Assembly (NCBI RefSeq): GCF_947568905.1
Contig: NC_079166.1
Coordinates: forward strand, 26,784,001 to 26,848,000
Direction: 5' to 3'
Length of the DNA stretch: 64,000 nt
Source: Ostrea edulis
Lineage: Eukaryota
The notes beneath the pieces are model-generated. The model was not told where the DNA came from. It did not search any database and saw only the letters and a program-made list of their open reading frames with translations. Made by a program: the position numbers and the translations under genes. Below, one piece after another: positions 46,934 to 58,300 of this stretch; position 1 is the stretch's first letter; each line of letters begins with the position of its first letter.

Positions 46934-49315
46934 CTACGCTGTTGCCACCATATATATGAGTACCGCAGAGTATGACGTCATACACAGGAAATGAAGTACC
47001 AGAATCGACTGTTTGAAAGAGTTTCCCTGTAAACAACAGCAATCATAATCGATGAAATAATACAAGGAATGTTTCCATTTCAGTACACGGTTTCGACATT
47101 AGCTGAATGACAAAATATTGATACCTTTCATATAATTTATATTAACCTACCTCAGTGTGCGATTGCGCTTGCGGTGAATATTCAGTCACAGCTGATTTGA
47201 GAATATATTGCTTTTCTATGTCATCCTCTAAAAATAGCATCGATTTCCAAGTCAAAATGATCATCTATAAACAGAGTTCTTGAAAAAGTGCGTGAATTGT
47301 TAGAAATCATTACCGTAGCTCTTTCTGTACTGTTTTTCACATTCTAATATAAATTCTATGAGGGCGTATGTAGTAGCGTAAGCTATGACGACATATGAGG
47401 CTTCAACGGGTGTATTTGATTTTTCCAGATTCACTCCGAAATATATTGTGGTAGCTGAAAAAGGAAAAACATGATAACATATACAAATGGCACTATGAAA
47501 ATGTCTACGAGCAAGATTTGGCCTGATTTGTTTATCAAATAGCATTTTGCATAGGCGTGAAATGAGGATAGAAGAATCTACAATTAACTTTGGTTAAGGA
47601 ACAGGAAGCAATCTTTGGTCAGGCATGAGCTTGTGAAACATAAAGACAATGCCACCGACCTTGTGCAAATGACGTTTATATAGGGTACGTCAAGACTGAT
47701 TTGTGTCCAGCATTCCGTATCAACCATAAATGTATCTATTGCAGGTTGATAAACCCCGTGGGGACCCGGGTTAGAATAGGTCCTTAGTACCCCCTTGCTT
47801 GTTGTAAGAAGCGACTAAATGGGGCGGTCCTTCGGATGAGACCGCAAAAACCAAGGTCCCGTGTCACAGCACGTGTGGCACGATAAAGACCCCTCCCTGC
47901 TCAATGGCCAAAAGCACCGATCATAGGCCTACATTTTGCAGCCCTACATCGGCAGTGGTGACGTCTCCATATGAGTGAAATATTCTTGAGTTGGACGTTA
48001 AACAATATTCAATCAATCAATCTTTCGAACACGTGATTTTCTATTTTTACACGTTGTCTGTTAATAAAAAAAAAAACCAAAAAACACAATCATTCGATCT
48101 CACGATCTGACGCCGTTTGCTTTACATTCACACATCCTCCCACACCTGTCTTATTTTGTCCACAATTGCATGTAATATTAATATATGATGGGATAATAAT
48201 TTCCATGTTTTCCAATTGGTTGAAATCGAACAGCCTTGCAAAAAGACATTATATTCACCGGCATGTGCCTTCGAGGTGAATGTAATGTGTGATTTCTCCA
48301 ACATCGGGCCAAAAATGAATTAGGAATGACAAATTTGATTATCATTTATACCACTTAATTAAAGAAAATTTGACTATGTTGCACTTTAATCAATGTGTAA
48401 ATTAAAGGACTTTGAACGTTTTCTACCAAGAAACGTAGTACAGCATTGGTTGAATCATATATAAACAGTAATACCGAGTTTGACATCAAGATAATCGATC
48501 AGGTATGATTCAGAAAGTTCTACGTGTTTTGATGTTTTGAATTATTTAGTCATATATGTGTAGTAAACAAACACTCGTGTCCCTAGCCTAGAACAGGACT
48601 GTGTTGCAGGATTGCTGTATACAAAGATGGCCGACCAGGTATCACTTCGTAAGCTCTAGTAGCCAGTATCGATGTTTTGAAATATTCAGTCATATGATGA
48701 AACAATTATTGACATATGATATTGATCGTTGTTCGTTATCTTCTTATTTTCTAAACTAGCAGCAAAAATATAGCCCTCTCCAATTTTTGGGGGAGGGGGG
48801 GGGGGGCTACGACTCCTTAGGATCTCAGTAATGGTGCAGACGTGGGAGGGATTCTAAACGTTTGCTGGTTTTCTTTACGTAAATGAAATTATATTCTATG
48901 TTTTTAAGTCTATATATGAATTTACAACCGGCAACTTACGATTTGTGAGACTCTATTCTACCGTTTTTAACAAATTTCCATACATGTATATCAATTTCTC
49001 GATTCATATTACAGTGTGCCATATTTGATGTACTTCCGGTTGTCAAGATAATTGCATATGCCCATATCAAGTAGGGTTTACATCAATGGATGAGTACGGA
49101 GGAGAAAGCGATTTCGTCGGTTTAAATTTTATATAGAGTTAAAAAAAAAACCAGCAGAGTTTATTTTTTTTCTGCCACCGTATGATTTTCGTTTCTTTGT
49201 CGGAATGGCTCGAGTAAATTAGATTGTCAAAGTTTAGGAATTCAGTAGATCAACCTACGAGATCTCGCGATAACAAGCAAGGCGGAGCAGACGAAGAATT
49301 TTGCATGCTGTACAT

Positions 49316-49359
<44 letters not shown>

Positions 49360-52300
49360 ACCTTTATTGGACATTGCCCAAGCGCAACGCTATACTCTTT
49401 TTAGTGTGAACAACATTAGAGGGAAATGCACGGATATCTTCATAGGTTATTTATAAAAATATTTTGCACCATTACCGCGATTCTATGAAATTGTAGCCCT
49501 CTCTCGAAAATGTCAGAATAAAAAAAAGAGGGTTACATTATTGCAGCCATTTCTACGTCAATACGAGACTTTAGCTACACTTGTAGTACAATATTGACCT
49601 CACCCTCCTGACTAGTTGAATATTGTACCTCTCAGATACTATTGGCTTCGACATCGTATGTACTTTAAGACTATCAATGATTGTTTATCACAACTGTGTT
49701 TATAGTTGTAGATAAGGCCTTTGAGGATTATTCATGTGTAACACATTTTTTAGTAAGTGGTACATATTTTCGCGTGAACTTGTATATTTGCGCGTCTTGG
49801 AGCAGTTACTCATACATGGTGTAAATATTGGTAGTAAATATTCAGTGTTCATTTGAGACTGATTGAATCAGATCATTGTATTTCCTTCAAAAAGTTGTAG
49901 TCCAGAACATGGAATGACGGACAGACATAGACAATATGATTGACGATACGAGTATTCTCATATTAGACAACTATCGGGCAATATTACTAGTTCTCCAGTG
50001 AGGCGAGCTTAGTCATGATATATAACAATCGGGCAATATTATGAGTATTCCACTAAGGGGAGTATAATCATGATATAGAATTATCGGGCAATATTACTAG
50101 ATATCCACCGAGGCGAGCTTAGCCATAATACGCAACAATCGGGCAATATTATGAGTATTCCACTACGGGGAGTATACTCATAATATAGAACTATTGGGCA
50201 ATGTTACCAGGCGAATATAGACGAATCAGATAGATCAAATCGCATACTGTAGATGCAACAAAGAATGTCTGTTGATACCACTTTGAAATGTGCAATGACT
50301 TTGGTAAATGCGGTATGAAAGGTGAAGATAACAAACAGTGATCAATCTCATAATTCATATAACCAATACAAAATAGAGAGTTGGGCAAACACGGACCCCT
50401 GGACACAACAGAGGTGGGATCAGGTGCCTAGGAGGAGTAAGTATCCCCTGTCAACCGGTCACACCCGCCGTGAGCACTATATCTTGATCAAGTAAACGGA
50501 GTTATGCGTAGTCAAATTCAGTGTGCCAGTATACATTTTTTGAATTTTACTTTGAAATCATAACCAATCTAATAAAGATTATATGTTAAACCCCTAACAA
50601 ATTCCGCATATATGCGAGCGGATCTAACATAATATGTATACGGTATGACCGTTGGACCGAGCGAAGAATGTAATGGTCATTGAAGTGTCCCAAGTGGTAA
50701 TCATAATTCCTTTAAGTACGGTAGATTATGATTCATTTAAAAATATATATTTTGAATGAAATTTTCCTTACGCTAAACACCCAGTAACATCTAAGTATTA
50801 AAGGGGTTTATATGGGGACAATAGTTTTACGGGATCCGTCTATTCATTGAACGCGGGAAATAAAACGCAAGGCGACGTAAACGGTGCATCGTGACGTCAC
50901 ATTTAGCCTCGATTTTTTTCTCTTTTTCAAAGCAAACAATTATAAACAACAATAATACATTCCGTATGCAATGAAAAAGGCCGTTAAAACTAAACAAAAT
51001 TAACCAATGAATTCAAAATGGTAAAAAAGTAACCGTGATCTTATTCAAAGAAACTCATGAACTCGTTCATCTATTTAGTCGTATTACGGTTTTATATGTA
51101 TTTATTTGCTAAAACCTGTTACAATGATAATTATACTATTCACTTTGAACAAACTGAGTGTTTAAATTAGAATTGCACGTCAGAGTCTTCTATTATTGGC
51201 ATTCAAAATAAAACACGAATAACTGTTGAAGCGGGTAATGAAAAAATAAATGGCGGCGCCCATATGGATCACGAAAATTTCAGTGAACGTATATAGAGAT
51301 TATCTCTTTTTCTTTTGCTGATTTTGACTTTTTTCTTTTACATATGTGTTACCTTTAGAGCCTTGCTTCGCGGACGGGCCTTCGGCCCGTCCGAGCTTCG
51401 CTCGGTATAATTTAATCGGATTGCATTTCCAAGCAATCTACACTAGTTGACGTTAAATATACATACCTGCTAAAATTTGTGCTGACATCCCCACGAACAT
51501 ATGTGAATAGTGAAATACGTGTCGGTATTTGTGTCCCGGTTTACAGCGGAATAGAGCCATCACTGGCTGTAAAAGAGACGGAGTGGGGGCTTTCAACATA
51601 CATGACAACAGAAATCCCGAAGTTTGAATAGAATGCACGATACTTCCCCGAGACCGTCATAATGAATTTGATCATGTGACATGACCTCGGTTATTTGAAA
51701 TATTATAACAGAAACATAGTGACGTAATATGGTACATACGTTCACCAGGCTTAGTGCCATGACTGTGATCCCGAGAATTGGATGGTATTTCAGGTATACA
51801 CTTCCATCAGTCATCTGAGAAGATAAAAGATCTGTATAAAATTTCATCATCACTAACGTGTAGTTCTCGACATCTGATAAAATCGAGTATACATGTACCT
51901 GGAGAAGAGTTCCGACTTTTATGAATATAATGGCAAAGGCAAGTCCCGTGATAAGAAACACCGACGACATAAGTATTCTGTGAATCTGAAATCAAATGAA
52001 ATGTGTAATACAAGTGTTACTGTGAATCCGAAATCAGATGATATGTGTACATGTATCACAAGCGTTTCTGTGAATCTGCAATCAAATGAAATGTGTATTA
52101 CAAGCGTTTTTGTGAATCCGAAATCAGATTATATGTGTATCACAAGCGTTTCTGTGAATCTGAAATAAGATGACATGTGTATTACAAGCGTTTATGTGAA
52201 TCTGAAATCAGATGAAATGTGTATTACAAGCGTTTCTGTGAATATGAAATTAGATGAAATGTGTAATTACAAGCGTTTTTGTAAATCTACAATTAGATGA

Positions 52301-55300
52301 AATGTGTATCACAAGCGTTTATGTGAATCTAAAATTAGATGAAATGTGTATCACAAGCGCTTCTGTAAACATTTCACGAGCGCCCGCAACAAGAAAACAG
52401 ATTACAGTACACAGTTTATTTTTCACTTTCATTTGGTATTCGCGTTTTTTATATAAGTAAGTTTGTGATCATTGCAGTTTTTACATTAGGGAAAAATTTT
52501 GGGGGAGGGGGGTAACAAAATCAAGGCATGTTTAGAGGTAGATATATGGAGCTTTGTAGAACAGTGTAGTACGTAACGAAAACCAGCTTTAATAAACAAC
52601 ATTAAGGCCAAAATGTGATTGGATAACTCACAGCGAACCAGACTTTGACTCCGCAAGGCATCGATCCCTTCCAGTTTGACTTATAGTAGCGCGCAATAAT
52701 TATACCCAGACTGGACAAAAGAATCCACGCAAAAATCATCAGGCTGCCTAAAAAAGTATTTCAAATTTTTAGGTACTGCATTGTAACATTTTTAAAGGTC
52801 AATGTGAGATAGGTAATATATATGTCTATGTCATATTTCTCCGACATTAATTAAGAAAACCGTTATTGACATTCCATGAAACGCCTTAAAAACAATTTAC
52901 TTAACATTTTAAAGATAAGGAAGTATCGTGTGGTGACACTTATAATTGATTGATACGGATTTCTCTTAATTTGACTAAGATTTGAGAGAAACTAATTGCT
53001 TAATGGTTACCGTGTAATTTGTACATCAACATGGACTCATCGCCGGCCCCGACATCTTGATTCAAAAGGAAGTCCACTTTAGCTGCACTGACAACAGGTG
53101 TATGTTCGTGTCGCTTAGGTTTCCCTGTCAAAATACGTAAGATCGAAATCATTATATTTCGTCTTTAATTCCCTCGCGGTTTTGATATTTAGTATGTCCA
53201 ACGAGATCTCATTTACTGCGTTAGGGCAACTTTTCATTTAACTATCACATATAGTGAGTTCAGGCACGTAGCGTATTTTTTAAAGTAAAGGGGTAGGAAG
53301 GGGGAGCAAACAGAGAAAAAATCTTGCATTTCCACTACCCTTCACTGCTACCATAAAAAAGTGACAAGTTAATTATTTCATCTTTGCATGTGATAATAAC
53401 GCGAAAAGTACGCCACATGTCAAGAAAAGGGTGTGTGTGGCAAAAGTGGGGGCGTGGCTACACGTAGGTGACTGGAGATTGATGCATAAAAGTAATGTCG
53501 GAATTGTTATAATGACTCGAGAAAATCTCACAAGCTGAATAAATATCCACACACAGCAGAAGAAATAATTCTTTTTTGTTTCATCGGGTGATGAAAGTAG
53601 CTAGCATTGCAGAAAAATTTGCATAACCCGTGATGAAACAACAAAGAAAGACATTTTGTTGTTCATGATATTATATTTTTATGCATCGTTTAGAATATAA
53701 ACTAGATTTAAGTACTTAAATATTATATGATTGACCCATTCGCTACGTTCACTTTGATGATGCTCCATATTTGGTAATGATTACACAGGCAGAGGTGGTA
53801 CTAAACGCCGGATCGAACTAGTTTTGCAGCAAGCATGCATTCATTGTCGCAGATAAAAGCAGTGTCAATTTCAAAAGTAATATAAGAGAAAAGATCCAGT
53901 GAATGTAAATATATGGTATTGTGATTTGATTTTTTTTTTTGCGTCGTCATCTGCGACTAACCCACCAGGAATTTAATCTAATACCTCGTGTTTTAGCACT
54001 AAGGTATTCGCTTGCGACAATCTGAAAAATCTTCAAATATTTTTGTATCAGAAATGAATCACTAATTTGTATACAAGAGTTTCCCAACTGACGCATAAGT
54101 TTCCTAACTCATTTTTCTTAAGAGTTCTAAAATTGTATAGTTCCAATGTCCCGTATTCCGTAAAGTTTTTTCGAATTGAATCTTGGATTTATTGACATGT
54201 ATAGAAGAACTATAGAAGAGTCATCATCAAATTGTACAAAGGTTGACCTTGGTCACTAGGAAGTAGGGGCGTCTACGTGAGAAGGAATACCTCTTCCTGT
54301 GGCTTTAATCTCGACATTTAGATAAATCGACGACGTTTTATATAACAACAATAATAATTTTCATTCTTATGTCGATTTGATGTATCCCTGTGAAGTCGAA
54401 ATGAAAGACACCATAGAGTCTTCCACACCTGCTTCATATTTGAATATTTTTTTTAACATGCATGTTAACGCAAACCAACAACTCAACTTTATGACATATA
54501 TGGAATGATTTCAGCTTCTCCATCGTCAGCTTCCCATATTTATGTAGCAATATCCATTATCACCTGCATATGCACTTCCGTTCCAGTTTTAATTTTGGTT
54601 AATTAAAAGGTTGAGGATAACGAACAGTGGTAGAACAGAAGCTGTCATTGGTTAAAAAGACCACCCTATTCGTTTGATTTGTTTTTGAATTCTGCATTGA
54701 ATTCCTTCAATAGCAAACAACAAAAAGTATCTATTTGGGGAATGTTGTTAGAAAGTCTCTATCAATAGGGGACTGATCTCTACTAGAGGGACAGTCGTAA
54801 CAAAACGTCTCTATTGGGAGGTGGGGGTAGGTGGGGGTCGTAACAAAAGACTGTTGATAATGTATTTTTAGATTCATAAATTTATTTATTTATTTTTCGT
54901 TAATTTTCCAAATATTTTACAGAATCCATGGTTATGATACTCCGTGTGAGGTTTCTGTTGAACAATGAATGGGTAGAGCGTTTATATATGTGTGTACAAT
55001 GTGTACCGATTATGAGAGTAAAACATTTTGTTTTCTTATTCTACTCATGAAACTAACCTTTCAGTAACTTCATTTTTATAAAAATTATATCAGAATAAAT
55101 ATCTTTAAATACCTGTATTCAAAATTGCAGATGTTATGAGAACTTTATTACACGTGTAAATGGATTTTCTCTAATAATAAGATTAAAGCATATTTATTAA
55201 AAAGTGTGTCGGTCCCTAACTTTTGGCCAGGTGCGTACATATAAGACGATGCTTACAGATTCGGAAACTTTGTTGATTCTACGGATGTGTTATACTAACA

Positions 55301-58300
55301 GCATCTTCGTTATTCAAGAGTTATGAGAAGGGATTGGAAGTTTTGGTTAGCAGTAATGTACAACAGAGAAATTTGTATTTTAGAACAAGTTTAATATTAC
55401 TTACCACTTCTGATAGGGCCGTTTCCCAGTAAGAGATAATATTTTCGTGAGAGACTGTACACGTCTCCCAAATCTCCAGTTACGTTAATTTGGCGCGAAA
55501 ACGAGCATGTCATAACTGTATCCACGATACTTGCAGTCATGTTTAGTAACCCAAGCGTGGTCTGAAAACGGATACATAGAGACATCTAGTTACAAAACAT
55601 CTAAGAGATTTCTCTAAGATACATCTGATATCGTTTTAGATAATGCTTTGTAATATTGTGTCATGATGACGTAGTTCGTATTTGAATACAACCATTCACA
55701 GAACGATTCATAAACTAAAAATAAAATCTTACGTTTGGCAATGGAGAGAACGAGTAGCCATTATTGATACCCTCTATAACACTGAATATTGTATTGTCGT
55801 ATAGGCACATCACAACACTTGTTCTTGCCTGAAAGTATATACACATTTCTTTCTTTCTTCTTCTAAACACTACACACAAACACACAACAGCATGTTAGAG
55901 AGGAAAGCACAGACCATTTTTCCATTCGGGGAGAGTCCTATCGCCACCCATCTGTGGTCTGGATTTGTTGGGCGTGACATGATTCTGAAGTCCACCACGT
56001 TTTCATGTCTTCTCCACAAAACCACTGCGTCACACGCGTCACCGGAGCAGGATTTGAAACAACCAAAGCCTTTCTCACAACGAGGCATGTCGGAAGGCGT
56101 CTGGAATGGATAGGAGCGGTGTCTTTTGAACACTACTTATACATGTATGATAAAAAAAAAAGAGATGATCTCATACAGTAACAATAGTTATATAAAAAGA
56201 AAAGGATACATACACATGTGTTCAGTTCAAACATATATTGAATACTAGTACATTCACGAATCACAAGCCCTTTCTGGATATTTGACATCCATCTTCAGGT
56301 GTACGTCATGTGAATGTCTACTCTATCCTTCCTTTCTCTCTGAACATACTGTAAACCAACAATTTATTCGCGGCTATTTTATTTCGCGATTCATCTGTGG
56401 TAAACTGGTTTGTGGCGAGTAATTCACGCGATCGAGTCTTTTTCGAGCAAATGATAGACATTGAAGGACTGGTTCGCGAAGACAAATATTTGCGACGATG
56501 AGGTTCTCGCGAAATTTTCGCGAATAAAAGTTGTTTTACAGTATATGTAAGTATAAGATTATTGGTATGCATTTTGAATGTTTCAAAGACATGTTTACAT
56601 TCATACCTGTGTGGTGCCCGAAGAGAGTGACGTGGTGATGTGGGGCGGATTGGTGGTGACGTCAGTGGTATTACCAGGGGGTGGGGACGGAACAATGTAC
56701 TCAACGTGTAAAGACTGGGACTCAATGTTTTCCCAAAACGTCGTGTAAGTCTGCACGACTGTAGCTCTACAACAGGGACACAGATTCATCAAAACAAACA
56801 CTACATCAGTATACATGTACAGATACACTGTGTGAATAAACAAAAATGAGTTCACAAAAATTTTATCCACTGAACAATTCATGATATACCATGTAGACGC
56901 AAATCCGTCAAATTTATGTTCGGGTTTACGGTACTTTAGGGCGTAAGACTATCAGCGTTTATGGACGTAGAATATCCCCCGCAGGTTTTTATGTGTTCGA
57001 CAATTCCTGATCAGTTTAATAGTACGTGTAGTATAGTGTTGGTTTTAAACCAGTGGTCCTTTTCACAAAATATCTTACGGAAAATTTTAAACAGCAGAAA
57101 ATATTTTATAATTCTTCACTCATGATATATTGTATCTCTGAATGAACAAAGCTAAGTGTATACATTGTGAAAATGGACATTCTTCCCCGGGGCACAGTTG
57201 CACTTGGTTGAATGTAAGGCAGAGACAGTTTTTTTTAAAAATCTTAGTCGTAAGATTTGTTTGTGAAAATGACCGCCGAGCCTTACCTGAACTTCACTGT
57301 TCCACTAAATGTTGAAGTAGGTTTCCAGGAGAGACTGATAGACGATTTTGGCTTTGGATCAGAATGCGTTGCGCCCTGCAAATAACGGAGAGAACATATT
57401 TCTATATATATCTAAACATGAGATTATGTAAGAGTCTTCAAAATATAGCCACGTTCGACTTACACCACTACAGGTCTGATGAGCATTGCTCGGTACAGTA
57501 AATTCACCTCCCGAAAACCTAATGGTATCTGACAGGTTTGTGAAAACCTCTATCAGGAACCCGTCAAAAGTCGTCCCATTCTGATTGTCGCCGGATGTGA
57601 TTGTTACTGAAAAGAGAAGGCATATAGAGAGTGTAAAAATTAGTGTAAGGGAAATCTTTTTATGTAAATTTAAGGGAGGAATGACACCCAAAGAAATCTG
57701 ATATGGATAGAAAGTAGAGGATATGTACAAAAATATTGTAAAATTGAAAATGTTCAAATTTACCCTGTTTACTTAAAAAATGCAGTTCTAGTAGATAGTA
57801 ATCGGGGGGGGGGATTAATATACCATACAAATTCATAAAGGAAAATCATATGATATGCGGTATAATGTTGGATGAATTTCTGTGAAAAATGTTTCATGGT
57901 ACATGTAAAAGAGATGAAGAGAAAACTAATGAAGCACTTGCAAAAATCTTCTCTGGATTAGTCCGCTGCGCTTTGTACAGCTCTCATTATCAAAATAACA
58001 AAAACCGTAAAATCCAGTCAGTGGTTTGGCAAAATCTTGAATATACTTACTTAAGGTAGCTCATTACACCAAAATTTTATTTAATGGCTCGTTAAAATAT
58101 CTCTTATGAAGTATGATTTCACCATCGAAAGAATGATACAAGCTCTCAAGTATTTTATATGCTTTTTTTTTATTATTCATCCCGGAATGATGAAAAAGGT
58201 CTTTTATTATCAAATAAGATATTCTAGAGTCCAAATGTCGCTGTTATTTGGTACATGATTTGAATATCTAATAAAACATGCCTAAAAGACTCAGATATAG

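Noticed and set aside
47754-47830. Canonical HDV-like ribozyme at the SINE 5' end
   Set aside because: P1/P3/P4-like pairings and a CUAA motif can be drawn, but no P2 5' strand lies between P1 and P3, so the nested double pseudoknot cannot be built. Kept only as an open question in the findings.
51893-52168. 91-aa plus-strand ORF with CITSVSVN repeats
   Set aside because: Antisense to FRRS1 exon 10 and the 42-bp array.
56140-56340. Extra FRRS1 exon between 56607 and 56100
   Set aside because: Candidate frames hit stops. The pyrimidine-rich acceptor at 56101-56102 joins in phase without it.
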